From: an uncultured Chloroflexia bacterium
GTDB taxonomy: Bacteria; Chloroflexota; Dehalococcoidia; DSTF01; JACRBR01
Direction of reading: 5' to 3'
Length of the DNA stretch: 64,000 nucleotides
Assembly: GCA_963743185.1 (NCBI GenBank)
Contig: CAVUOT010000009.1
Coordinates: 72,421-136,420 of the forward strand
The notes below the pieces were generated by a model. That model saw only the letters and a list, made by a program, of their open reading frames with translations, searched no databases and had not been told where the DNA came from. Shown here one piece after another: positions 1 through 9,451 of this stretch (position 1 is the first letter of the stretch; each line of letters starts with the position of its first letter). The position numbers and the translations under genes are program-made.

Positions 1-646
1 TGCCTTCGACGATCTCCGTGCGCACGCTGCGGCGATCTTCGACGGGGGCAGGCGGCGGCTCAGGCGCGCGGATGGCGCGCAGCGACACCGCGGAGAACAG
101 GAACGACGCGGCGTCGACGGCCATCGCGCCCGGCGCCGTCACCAACTGCACGAGCCAGCCCGCCAGGCTGAACGAGCCGAACTCCGCGACCGATCCACTG
201 GCCGCGAGCTTGCTGTTCCCCTCGACCAGGTCCTCCGTGTCGATCAGCGTCGGCAGGTACGACTGATAGGCGACGTCGAAGAACGTCGTGAGGATGCCCG
301 CGAGAAACGCGACGGCGTAGAGCTGCTCCATGCGCAACGCGCCGAACGCGGCCGCAATCGGCACGGAGCCGATGATGGCGGCGCGCCCGAGGTCCGCGGC
401 GATCATGATCGGACGGCGGCGCAGGCGGTCGACCCAGACGCCGGCGAAGAGCGCGAAGCAGATCCCGGCGAGCACGTCGGACGACGTCACGAGCGCGACT
501 TCGAACGGGCGGGCGCCGAGGTAGACGACGGCGGTAAACGGCAGCGCCAGGCGCGTGGTCAGCGAGCCGAAGACCGAGATCGTCTGCCCGGTCCACAGCC
601 GCATGAAGTCCGGATGCCGCCAGAGGCCGGTGAATCTATCGCGCAT
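1..646 (-). CDS. MFS transporter, N-terminal part (gene continues beyond window start)
   Basis: Reverse-strand translation from the ATG at 646-644 gives MRDRFTGLWRHPDFMRLWTGQTISVFGSLTTRLALPFTAVVYL... with several hydrophobic helices typical of MFS. It is open to position 1 and absent from the ORF track because no stop lies in the window. Confidence 0.6.
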   Translation of the reverse strand, partial: MRDRFTGLWRHPDFMRLWTGQTISVFGSLTTRLALPFTAVVYLGARPFEVALVTSSDVLAGICFALFAGVWVDRLRRRPIMIAADLGRAAIIGSVPIAAAFGALRMEQLYAVAFLAGILTTFFDVAYQSYLPTLIDTEDLVEGNSKLAASGSVAEFGSFSLAGWLVQLVTAPGAMAVDAASFLFSAVSLRAIRAPEPPPAPVEDRRSVRTEIVEG

Positions 647-766
647 CGCGAATTGTAACGGGGAGAGTCTGATGCGCTAAGCGCAAGAAGAGAGAGCGGG
701 ACCCGGCGCTCACCGTCGTCCGCTCTCTGTTGTCTGTTCTCTGTTGTCTGTTCTCTCCGACGGCGG

Positions 767-1537
767 CTACATGCCGTTGTCGCGGAGGAAGTCGAGGACG
801 GCGGCGTTGAAGGCCTCGGGCTGGAAGAGGTTGGCGGCGTGGCCGGCGCCTTCGATGACGACCTTGCGCGCGTTCGGGATCTTCGACGCCATGTACTCGA
901 TACCGCCCTGGTATCGCTGGTCGTCGGCGCCCCAGACGAGCAGCGTCGGCACGTCGATCTTGTCGAGATGCTCCATCACCTTCGCGTCGCGCTGCGTGAG
1001 GATGCCGCGGCCCGCCAGGGCCAGCCCCTGCGCCGAACGCTGGTACGGTTTCGTCGCGTCGATCTCGATCCCCTTGCCGAACCCGGCGAGTCCGCGCTCT
1101 TCGAAGCGCTTCGCGTAGCCGATCGAGAAGTCGTTCCAGCCGGCGCGCGCGTCGTCTTTACGGTAGCCCGGGCCGGTGTTGCAGAGGATCATCGCACGCA
1201 CCATCTCCGGGTGCGCGAGCTGAAACTCGAGCGAGATGTATCCGCCGAGCGAGAGGCCGCCGATGACCGCCTCTTTGATGCCGAGGTGGCCCAATAGCGC
1301 CGCCATGTCTTCGACGGTCAGCTTCTCGGTGTAGCTCTCCTGGTCCGGCGGGCTGTCAGTGCCGCCGTGACCGCGCATGTCCCAGCCGATGACGCGATAC
1401 TCACGCCACGCCTCGAACTGCGGCTGCCACATCTGTAGCGTCGCCGCATACGCGTGGGTGAGCAGGATCGGCGTACCGTAGTGTGAGCCGTGCTCTTCGT
1501 AGTTGATGTGGATCCCGTTGAGCTCGACGAGTGGCAT
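767..1537 (-). CDS. alpha/beta-fold hydrolase
   Basis: MPLVELNGIHINYEEHGSHYGTPILLTHAY...GLSLGGYISLE...VWGADDQ shows the nucleophile elbow GxSxG and the alpha/beta hydrolase layout. A GGGAGG ribosome-binding site precedes the ATG at 1537; the ORF-track start at 1978 is a spurious upstream extension. Confidence 0.8.
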   Translation of the reverse strand: MPLVELNGIHINYEEHGSHYGTPILLTHAYAATLQMWQPQFEAWREYRVIGWDMRGHGGTDSPPDQESYTEKLTVEDMAALLGHLGIKEAVIGGLSLGGYISLEFQLAHPEMVRAMILCNTGPGYRKDDARAGWNDFSIGYAKRFEERGLAGFGKGIEIDATKPYQRSAQGLALAGRGILTQRDAKVMEHLDKIDVPTLLVWGADDQRYQGGIEYMASKIPNARKVVIEGAGHAANLFQPEAFNAAVLDFLRDNGM

Positions 1538-1651
1538 CGCGCCTCCCTCCCGGGCGGAGTGTCGCGCACCGCGCACACACGCACAATCCGCGAGCAATCC
1601 GACGGTCAAGTTACGGGCCGAGTCAGTCCGCCCAGCTATTACACTGTGCCC

Positions 1652-2819
1652 GTGACGCAAACGATCGACGACTTCGAATCGATAACGGAAAGCGCTCCCC
1701 TGGTCGCGGAGCTGCGCGCGCGCATCCGGACCGAGGGGCCGATCACGTTCCGCGAGTTCATGCAAGCGGCGCTGTACCACCCGAAGTACGGCTACTACAC
1801 GACGTCCGCGGGATCGATGAGCCGCGGCGGCGACTACGTGACGAGCCCCGAGGTGCATCCGATCTTCGGCGCGCTCGTCGCGAAGCAGATCTGCCAGTTC
1901 TGGAACGTTATGTCCTGTCCTCGCGCCGTTCGATATCGTCGAGCACGGCGGCGGCTCCGGCCTGCTCGCGCGCGACATCCTGCGCTGGGCGCACGCGCGC
2001 GAACCGGAGTTCGCCCGCGCCTTGCGTTACCGCATCGTCGAGATCAGCCCGTCGCTACGCGAAGCGCAGCGACGCACGCTCGCGGCCGCCGACCTCGCGC
2101 CGGACGTCGTCGAATGGCTCGATGCGGCGCCCGCGCACGTCATCGGCTGCGTGCTGTCGAACGAACTGATCGACGCGTTCCCGGTGCATCGCGTCGTGCG
2201 CAACGGCGATGCGCTGCGCGAGGTCTACGTCACGGTCGATGCCACGGGCCGCTTCGCCGACGAGCTACGGCCGCTCTCGGACCCGGCGATCGCGGCGTAT
2301 TTCGACGCGCTCGGCCTGCTGCCGGGCGAGGGCTGCTACGCGGAGGTGAATCTCGATGCGACGCGCTGGATCGCGGACGTCGCCGCATCGATCGATCGCG
2401 GCTTCGTCCTGACCTTCGACTACGGCTACGAGGCCGCCGGCCTGTACGCACCCTGGCGTCGCGACGGGACGCTGCTGTGCTTCTACCGCCAGTCCGCGAG
2501 CAGCGATCCGTACCAGCGCATCGGCAAGCAGGACATGACGGCGAGCGTCGACTTCACGACGCTGCGACACGCGGGCGAGGCAGCGGGACTCGCGACGCTC
2601 GGCATGACCGGCCAGTCGTCGTTCCTGGCAAGGCTCGGCATCGGCGACGGCGTTGCGAGCATCGCGCACGACCGACCCAACGAGATGGAGGAGTACTTCG
2701 CGCGACGCAAGGTCGTGATGGATCTGATCGATCCCGCACGCCTGGGCCGGATCAAAGTGCTGCTGCAAGGGAAGGACGTCTCGGACACGCCGCTGCAGGG
2801 CTTCACGGACGACGCCTAA
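1652..2819 (+). CDS. MidA/NDUFAF7-like SAM-dependent methyltransferase (DUF185), apparent +1 frameshift near 1907-1913
   Basis: The N-terminal part (PITFREFMQAALYHPKYGYYTT...SPEVHPIFGALVAKQICQFWNV) is in frame 2. The C-terminal part (PFDIVEHGGGSGLLARDIL...FDYGY) is in frame 0, the same frame as ORF 2022..2819. Removing one base at about 1910 joins them. Confidence 0.7.
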
Positions 2820-2843
2820 CACGGCGCGTCGGCGCTGGTGGTG

Positions 2844-3317
2844 CTAAGCGACGCCGCCTGATTCCATCAAGAACGTCAGGTAGTCGACGTCGCCAGGCGA
2901 GTGCCCCCAGCTCGAAAGATGGACGGCCACTTCCGAGCGATGCTGCACGCCGTGGTAGAAGACTTGCGTGATACTTTCGCCGAGCGGCATGCGCTGGTCG
3001 AAGCCAAGATCACGCCACCACTGTTCGGAACGATCCCATTCCTTGGCCGTGAGCGCCTGTGCGTACGCGCGCATCGCACGGTGTGACGCGGCGTAACCCT
3101 CTATGGCGGCGGCGAGCGTCGGGAGGTGCGGTTCGACGCGCTCGGCGTCGGTCCACTGCGCGTGCCACCAACCCTGCGTGCCGAGCATGTGCTCGAGTGA
3201 GGGGCGCAGGCGGGAATACTGCTCGTCGCTGATCCCTTCAGCGGCGGTAAGGATGCGGCTATCGGCCCAGATCGTGTACTCGATCAGCGAGCGGGCGTGG
3301 TCGACGAGCGTGGTCAT
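2844..3317 (-). CDS. DinB-family (DinB_2) metal-dependent hydrolase-like protein
   Basis: 157-aa ORF with DinB_2-like helices (YTIWADSRILTAAEGISDEQY...HGVQHRSEV). Confidence 0.65.
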   Translation of the reverse strand: MTTLVDHARSLIEYTIWADSRILTAAEGISDEQYSRLRPSLEHMLGTQGWWHAQWTDAERVEPHLPTLAAAIEGYAASHRAMRAYAQALTAKEWDRSEQWWRDLGFDQRMPLGESITQVFYHGVQHRSEVAVHLSSWGHSPGDVDYLTFLMESGGVA

Positions 3318-3586
3318 TGCGTCTCCTCATTGCGCTGCGGAGCTCCAATCCGGGACGCCGCGGACGTGATCTGCGGGGAGCGCCACCCGGGCGCTAACGT
3401 CGGGGAGCAGCTCGCCAGACCTGCCGGCGCGGCGCGGGCGGCCGGACTCAAAGCATATCGCCCAGCATGGGAAACTCCCGATTCTTCAGTCCGGTTATTG
3501 CTTTCGAAACATGTCCCGGCCTGTCCGCGTGCGATGATAGCAGCGGAGGCACAAGATTGAAGCTCAGGAAGAACCTCGGCGCAAAG

Positions 3587-3802
3587 ATGACGGCTCTCAT
3601 CGCCAGCCTGCTGACGCTGGGCGGCGGGTGGGCGCTCGTACACCAGAATCCGCCCGCCAACGCGGACAACGCGACGACGAGCGCAGCACCAGCCGCGTCC
3701 ACGCCCGCGGCGGGCACGACGGGAACACGGAGCGCCGCGCCGAAGCCGCAGACAGTGCAGCCGAAGACGGTGAAGAGGCACGTCCGGACGCACGTATCCT
3801 GA
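3587..3802 (+). CDS. small exported protein with N-terminal signal or transmembrane segment and Ala/Thr/Pro-rich tail
   Basis: MTALIASLLTLGGGWALV... followed by a low-complexity tail. Its stop lies 1 nt before the apbE start, so it is probably the first gene of the apbE operon. Confidence 0.4.
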   Translation: MTALIASLLTLGGGWALVHQNPPANADNATTSAAPAASTPAAGTTGTRSAAPKPQTVQPKTVKRHVRTHVS

Positions 3803-3803
3803 C

Positions 3804-4721
3804 ATGATCACGACGACCTTCCGCTCGATGGGTGGCACGGTTGAAGTCCAACTCGTGGGCGGGACGCCCGCCGATGCGGGTCGAATCGAGTCGCTGTTCG
3901 CCGAGCACGAACGAACCCTGAGCCGCTTTATGCCTGACAGCGAGCTCTGCGCGCTGAACAACGCCGCGCCCTCCCGCTTCGAGGCTTCGCCGCTACTCTT
4001 CGACGCCGTCAGCGAGGCAATCGGCTGGGCGTGCGTGACGGGCGGCATTTTCGACCCGACGGTGATCGACGCACTGGAGGCGAGCGGCTACGACCGCACG
4101 TTCGACGACATCGCCGGCGGAGCGGCACGGGCCGTGGCGGAACGACCCAGGCCCAGAACCAAGCAGGACCCGTGGCGGGCGATTGAGCTCGACGTGGAAC
4201 AGAACGTCATTGTGATGCCCGCGGGCATGCGTCTGGACCTGGGCGGGATCGGCAAAGGCTTCACCGTAGACCGAGCAATCGCGGCGCTCGGCCCCGGCAC
4301 CAACGCGATGGTGAACGCGTCGGGCGACCTGTACGCCGCGGGCGACGGGCCGGACGGCGACGGGTGGTACGTCGGCGTGCAGGATCCGTTCGCGCTTGAC
4401 CTCGACCTCGTGGTGCTGAACATCAACGACTGCGGCGTCGCAACGTCGGGCTCAATCAAGCGGAACTGGACGATGAGCGACACTCGCTATCACCACCTGA
4501 TCGACCCGCGCGAACAGCGCAGCTCGACGAGCGAGCTGCTGACGGTGACGGTGGTCGCGCCGACGGCCACGCAGGCCGATGTGCTGGCGAAGACCGCCTT
4601 CATACTGGGACCGAGCGCCGGACTACGCGTAATCGAACGCTTCGACGGGGCGGAGTGCGTTGCGGTCACGGCCGCCGGAGATGTCCTCACGTCGAGCGGC
4701 ATGGCGGAGCATTACGCGTGA
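3804..4721 (+). CDS. apbE: FAD:protein FMN transferase (ApbE family)
   Basis: 305-aa ORF with ApbE hallmarks (GGTVEVQLVG...LDLGGIGKGFTVDRA...ATSGSIKRNW...HHLIDPR). Confidence 0.85.
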   Translation: MITTTFRSMGGTVEVQLVGGTPADAGRIESLFAEHERTLSRFMPDSELCALNNAAPSRFEASPLLFDAVSEAIGWACVTGGIFDPTVIDALEASGYDRTFDDIAGGAARAVAERPRPRTKQDPWRAIELDVEQNVIVMPAGMRLDLGGIGKGFTVDRAIAALGPGTNAMVNASGDLYAAGDGPDGDGWYVGVQDPFALDLDLVVLNINDCGVATSGSIKRNWTMSDTRYHHLIDPREQRSSTSELLTVTVVAPTATQADVLAKTAFILGPSAGLRVIERFDGAECVAVTAAGDVLTSSGMAEHYA

Positions 4722-5803
4722 ATCAAGAATTCTGGTATCTCTCGCGCGCGGCGGGCTTCACCGCGTACTTGCTGCTGTTCACGTCCGTGGCGCTCGGCAT
4801 TTCGATCGGCACGCGCCTGGCCGACCGCCTCGCCAAGCGAAACGCGATCTTCGACCTGCACCGCTTCACAACGATCCTCGCGCTGGCGTTCAGCCTTTTC
4901 CACGTCTACATCCTCCTCGCCGATGGATACTTCAACTTCAGCGTCTGGCAGCTGTCTATACCGTTCCTCTCGCCGTACGCCACATGGCAGACCGCGGTCG
5001 GCGTGTTCTCGCTGTACGTGCTGGCGCTGCTCATCGTCAGCTTCTATGTTCGTCAATTCATCGGCTACCGCGCGTGGCGGACGATCCATTTCGCGACGTT
5101 CGCGATGTTCGCGGGAGTCACGCTTCACGGCATCACCGCCGGCACGGACACGACGCAGGCGTGGGCGAAGCTGATCTACCTCTCCACGGGCACGATAACG
5201 CTGGGGTTGATCATGTATCGCGTCCAGTACCGCATCCCCGACACGAGCACGATGCGCACCGTCCGGCTGAGCGCCGGCGTCGCCGCGGTGAGCGTGGTCG
5301 CGCTGCTCCTCTTCGCGACGGGACTGCTCAGCGGCAGAAGCCGAGCGTCCGCCACGCAAGCGGACGTCGTCAGCAACGACGCGGCGCCCGTCGTAGACGC
5401 GTCCACCGGCGGCGCGCATCCGTTCCTGGCGACGTTCGACAACGACTTCAATGGCACCTACCAGCAGACGAACGACACCAACGGCTCGCGGCTTGTGATC
5501 GATGGCACGACGGACGGTGACTTGCCGGTGAAGCTGCACGTCGAACTCGTGCAGGCGGCGTCTTCCCAACCGCGCCAGCGGCCGACGGTCACCCTCAATA
5601 CGGCGGAACTGCGCGATACAACATCCAGCGCGGTGCTGTGCACCGGCCAGCTTACGGCCCTCGACGATGGCTTTATGCGGGCGACCTGCGACGGCAGCGG
5701 TCCGTACCAGGGTGTGCGCATCTCGATCTCATCGCGCTTGCAGGCATCCGGCGACGGCACGATCACGGGCGCGCTCAGCGGCAAGATGCAGCACCTGAGC
5801 TAG
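4718..5803 (+). CDS. ferric-reductase-like transmembrane domain protein with C-terminal extracytoplasmic domain (possible FMN-binding site)
   Basis: GTG start overlaps the apbE stop (GTGA). The N-terminal half has about 6 TM helices with conserved His residues (FSLFHVYILL, HFATFAMFAGVTLHGI). The C-terminal 150 aa is soluble and ends TITGALSGKM. Confidence 0.65.
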   Translation: MNQEFWYLSRAAGFTAYLLLFTSVALGISIGTRLADRLAKRNAIFDLHRFTTILALAFSLFHVYILLADGYFNFSVWQLSIPFLSPYATWQTAVGVFSLYVLALLIVSFYVRQFIGYRAWRTIHFATFAMFAGVTLHGITAGTDTTQAWAKLIYLSTGTITLGLIMYRVQYRIPDTSTMRTVRLSAGVAAVSVVALLLFATGLLSGRSRASATQADVVSNDAAPVVDASTGGAHPFLATFDNDFNGTYQQTNDTNGSRLVIDGTTDGDLPVKLHVELVQAASSQPRQRPTVTLNTAELRDTTSSAVLCTGQLTALDDGFMRATCDGSGPYQGVRISISSRLQASGDGTITGALSGKMQHLS

Positions 5804-5834
5804 CGCCTTCCGCGCGAACCTCCTTGACGTGTTA

Positions 5835-5843
5835 GAATCCAGA
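5835..5843 (+). promoter_or_regulatory. extended -10 promoter (TGtTAGAAT) upstream of the GNAT gene
   Basis: The sequence cTTGACGtgtTAGAATcc lies about 90 nt upstream of the 5932 start. Confidence 0.3.
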
Positions 5844-5931
5844 GTCCAGGATCAGCCACGGAGCGGTTCAACCACGATGACGCGTGCGTAACGCGTATCG
5901 GTACCGCCGCACCGCCCAGGAGTAGCCCGCC

Positions 5932-6435
5932 ATGGTGGTGACCCCCGGTATTACCGTGAGGCCGATCGACTTCGCACGCGACAAAGCGCCGCTGATGTCC
6001 TTGCTGACGGCGCGCGACCGCCTGCGCCTCGAACACGCCGAAGCCGCCTGCGAAGCCGGCGACGCATTCATCTTCGTTGCGGACGAAGACGGCACCGCGG
6101 TCGGCTGGGCAGTCGTGCACACGAACTTCCGGCAGGACCAGGACTGGTCGCCACCCGACGAGGACACGAGGGCGTTTCAGCAGGGCGACAACGCGTATCT
6201 CGAGAACATCGAGGTCACGGCGCGGCTGCGCAGCAACGGCGTCGGCAGGCTCCTCCTCGAGGCGGCGCAGGCGGAAGCGAAGCGCCTGGGCAAGAAGCAA
6301 CTCTGGTTGCACACCAGCGAGAACAACGTCAAAGCCCACACCCTGTTCGACCGCGAAGGCTGGACGGTGGAGCGCACCGTGTACCCGCCCTGGAAGCCGA
6401 CGTCGCGCACCCGCGTGTACAAGAAGGTGCTGTAG
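5932..6435 (+). CDS. GNAT-family N-acetyltransferase
   Basis: 167-aa ORF with the acetyl-CoA binding motif (IEVTARLRSNGVGRLLLEAAQAEAKRLG). Confidence 0.8.
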   Translation: MVVTPGITVRPIDFARDKAPLMSLLTARDRLRLEHAEAACEAGDAFIFVADEDGTAVGWAVVHTNFRQDQDWSPPDEDTRAFQQGDNAYLENIEVTARLRSNGVGRLLLEAAQAEAKRLGKKQLWLHTSENNVKAHTLFDREGWTVERTVYPPWKPTSRTRVYKKVL

Positions 6436-6437
6436 GC

Positions 6438-6659
6438 ATGCGAACGACGTTTCTCCGCACGCTCGCCGTCGTCGCCATCGTCCAGTTCGTCGTCACGCGG
6501 ACGATGGCCGGGCAGGCGATCGAAGAAGGGCGCGCCGAGCGCATGTGGATGATGTATCCGCTGAACGTCGTGATGAACGCGCTGGCGTGGACGCTCGTGT
6601 TCGGCGCCTTCGGACGCGTCCGGCGCACGTTCCGCGCCGCTGCAGCCGCCACGGACTGA
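6438..6659 (+). CDS. small hypothetical membrane protein
   Basis: 73-aa ORF starting 3 nt after the GNAT stop, with two hydrophobic segments. Weak support. Confidence 0.3.
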   Translation: MRTTFLRTLAVVAIVQFVVTRTMAGQAIEEGRAERMWMMYPLNVVMNALAWTLVFGAFGRVRRTFRAAAAATD

Positions 6660-6717
6660 GAGCTCTCCCCGCCGAAGTGCTGATCTGAAGCCGCGGCGGG
6701 AAGCGGAGGAGATCTGC

Positions 6718-7599
6718 ATGACCAGCGCGCGCACCATCCGGCACGTTGACGCCTTCACCACGACACCGCTGGAGGGCAATCCCGCCGCCGTTGTCGACGG
6801 AGCAGGTCTCGACGCCGAGACGATGCAGCGCATCGCCCTCAACCAGCACCTCTCCGAGACCGTCTTCCTGCTCCCGCCTCAATCGCCGGAGAATCACGCG
6901 CACATCCGCATCTTCACGCCCGGGACGGAGCTGCCGTTCGCCGGCCATCCGACGATCGCGGCATCGCACACGCTGATCAGCGAAGGTCGCGTGACGCTGG
7001 CGCCCGGCGAGTCGCTGCGGCTCGAGACGGGCGCCGGCGTGATCCCGGTCGAGGTCAGCGCTGGCGAGCAGCCGCGGTACACGATGACCCAGGCGGCGCC
7101 GCAGTTCCGGCCGAGCGAGTTCGGACTCGATGCCATCGCCGCGAGCGTCGGGCTCGAGGCGCGCGACATGCTTCGCGCGGAGTGGGTCTCGACGGGCATC
7201 TTCTGGCTGATCGCGCAGGTCGCATCGCTGGAGGCGATGCTGCGCGTACAGCCGGACATGATGGCGCTGACGAAGATCCCTCAGGGGCTATCGATCTTCT
7301 GCATCGGCGCACAATCGGACGAAGCGGACATACGCGTCCGCGCGTTCGCTCCCGATGCCGGTATCTTCGAGGATCCGGTGACCGGCAGCAGCAACGGCTG
7401 CATCGCCGCGTTCATCGCAAAGCACGGCCTGTTGCCGGCGCGCGACGGTGAGATCCGCTACGTATCTGAGCAGGGCATCGAGATGGGGCAGCCGGGTCGC
7501 GTGCACTTGCGCGTGACCGGTGTGCCCGACGCGCCTTCCGTGCACGTCGGCGGCCACGCGGTGACGGTGCTGCGCGGCGAACTGCTGCTGCCCGTCTGA
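6718..7599 (+). CDS. PhzF-family phenazine biosynthesis-like isomerase
   Basis: 293-aa ORF: HVDAFTTTPLEGNPAAVV...TVFLLPP...VRAFAP...EDPVTGSSNGCIAAF. Confidence 0.85.
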   Translation: MTSARTIRHVDAFTTTPLEGNPAAVVDGAGLDAETMQRIALNQHLSETVFLLPPQSPENHAHIRIFTPGTELPFAGHPTIAASHTLISEGRVTLAPGESLRLETGAGVIPVEVSAGEQPRYTMTQAAPQFRPSEFGLDAIAASVGLEARDMLRAEWVSTGIFWLIAQVASLEAMLRVQPDMMALTKIPQGLSIFCIGAQSDEADIRVRAFAPDAGIFEDPVTGSSNGCIAAFIAKHGLLPARDGEIRYVSEQGIEMGQPGRVHLRVTGVPDAPSVHVGGHAVTVLRGELLLPV

Positions 7600-8198
7600 T
7601 GGCCATCGCCGCGATCCTGCTCGCCGCCGGCGCCGAAGAGATCGACGGCACGCCGCTCGCGCTACTGCCGTGGCGCGAAGACGAGACGCTGATCGAGTAC
7701 CACGTCGCGCAACTGCAGGCCGCCGGCGTCGATGCCATCGAGGTCGTGCTGGGCCACGACGCCGAACGCGTCATCCCGATCATCGCGCGCGAGGACGTCG
7801 AGCCGATCGTGAACGCGCGCTGGCGGACCGACACGGCGTCATCCGTGCGCGTCGGCGCCAGCGCCGTGCCGCGCGACACGCAGGCCGCGATCGTCGTGCG
7901 TCTCAACGAACCCCGCCCGGCTGACGTCTACCGCCGCCTGCTCGACGCGCACCTGCGTACCGGCGCACCGATCACGCGCCCGGCGTTCCGGGGCATGCCG
8001 GGTGCACCGATCGTCGTCGACGCTGCAGTACTCTCGGAGTTGCGGAATGCGACGGACGTCGCTGGTGGGCTCGACGGGATCGTGGCGCGACACGCTGGCG
8101 AGATCGCGGACGTGGCATTCGAGGATCGCATCGTGCTGCTGCGGATCACGAGCGCCGAAAACTACCGGCAAGCGCGGTCGGACTGCTCGATCGGCTGA
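7599..8198 (+). CDS. nucleotidyltransferase-family protein (MobA/CTP:molybdopterin cytidylyltransferase-like)
   Basis: MAIAAILLAAGAEEIDGTPLALLPW... has the N-terminal LAAG nucleotide-binding motif. The ATG overlaps the phzF-like stop (TGATG). Confidence 0.6.
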   Translation: MAIAAILLAAGAEEIDGTPLALLPWREDETLIEYHVAQLQAAGVDAIEVVLGHDAERVIPIIAREDVEPIVNARWRTDTASSVRVGASAVPRDTQAAIVVRLNEPRPADVYRRLLDAHLRTGAPITRPAFRGMPGAPIVVDAAVLSELRNATDVAGGLDGIVARHAGEIADVAFEDRIVLLRITSAENYRQARSDCSIG

Positions 8199-8200
8199 AG

Positions 8201-9386
8201 CTACGCCACTGGCTCCGGCAGCAGGCGCTGGAAGAGTTCGTTGCTCAGCAGGCGGCCGCGCGGCGTCAGGCGAAGATGCGTCGCGGTGCGTTCGAGCAGG
8301 CCGTAGCCCAGGAACTCCGCGAGGACGCCGCCGTAGACGCTGTCGACCTCCCGGCCGTGGCGGCGCGCAAAGTCGCGCAGGTCGATGCCGTCGATGAGGC
8401 GCAATCCGAGGATCAGCGTGTCGGCCATCGACAGCTCCGGCGTCACGGTTTCGGCGCCGATGACGTGGAGCATCGTGCCGGAGCCGTCCGTCAACGCCGC
8501 GACGGACTCGTCGACGAGTTCGGCGTAGCGGTTGGGCAGCAGCACCGTCGAGAATCGCACGCCGTTCAGAAACGAGTGCGCGCCCGCGCCGAGGCCCAGG
8601 TACTCGCGGTTCTGCCAGTACACGAGGTTGTGCTTGCAGCGAAAGCCCGGCCGCGCCCAGTTCGAGATCTCGTAGTGCTCGTAACCGGCACGGGCGAGGC
8701 GCTCCTGCGTCCACTCGTAGTGCTCGGCCTGCGTGTCCGGATCCGGCGCGTGAACCCGTCCGCGCGCGACGTCGCGGGCGAGGGGCGTGCCGTCCTCGAC
8801 AGTGAGGGCGTAGAGCGAGAGATGCTCCGGGCCGAGCGCGAGCGCCGCTTCCAGATTGCGCTGCCACGCCTGCGAGGGGCTGCTCGGGCAGTCCGTAGAT
8901 GAGGTCGAGATTCACGTTCTCGAACCCCGCCTCGCGCGCCGAAGCGTACGCCTGCCGCGCTTCCGCGCCGGTATGGATCCGGTCCAGGACCACCAGTTCT
9001 TCGTCGTCGAACGACTGGATGCCGATCGACAGTCGGTTGAAGCCGATATCACGCAGCCCGCGCAGGTACTCGGTGGTGATGCTGCCGGGGTTCGCCTCCA
9101 GCGCGATCTCGGCGGCCGGATCGACGTTGAACGTCGCACGCATGCCTTCGAGGATCTTCGCCATCTCCTCGACCGGGTTGAGGCTGGGCGTGCCGCCGCC
9201 AAAGAAGACCGTCTCGACGCTGCGGCCGCCGACGGCTTCTCGCCAGAGCGCCGCATCCTTGATGAGCGTCCCGGCGTACGACGGGATCATGTGCTCGTGA
9301 CCGGCGTACGAGTTGAAGTCGCAGTAGCCGCACTTCGCCTCGCAGAACGGGATGTGGAGGTAGAGACCGATGGAGTTCGAGGTCAC
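8201..9386 (-). CDS. hemW: radical SAM heme chaperone HemW (HemN-like), apparent frameshift at the G4 run 8876-8879
   Basis: The N-terminal part (GLYLHIPFCEAKCGYCDFNSY...NVNLDLIYGLPEQ) is in the frame of ORF 7839..9668. The C-terminal part (QAWQRNLEAALALGPEHLSLYALTVEDGTPL...HNLVYWQNREYLGLGAGAHS...) is in the frame of ORF 8201..8623. The GTG start at 9386 is preceded by AGGGTG. Confidence 0.8.
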
Positions 9387-9451
9387 CCTACGATCGTAGC
9401 GAACGCCCGCGCCCACCGCTACGCGCGCCCCGGCGAGTAGTGTGCAAGCCC

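Noticed and set aside
1490-2971. 493-aa ORF 1490..2971 and 539-aa ORF 52135..53754 in the ORF track
   Set aside because: They are chimeric read-throughs. The first is the frameshifted N-terminus of the MidA-like gene running on out of frame. The second is the scaffold-like gene frame running across the capsid gene in another frame.
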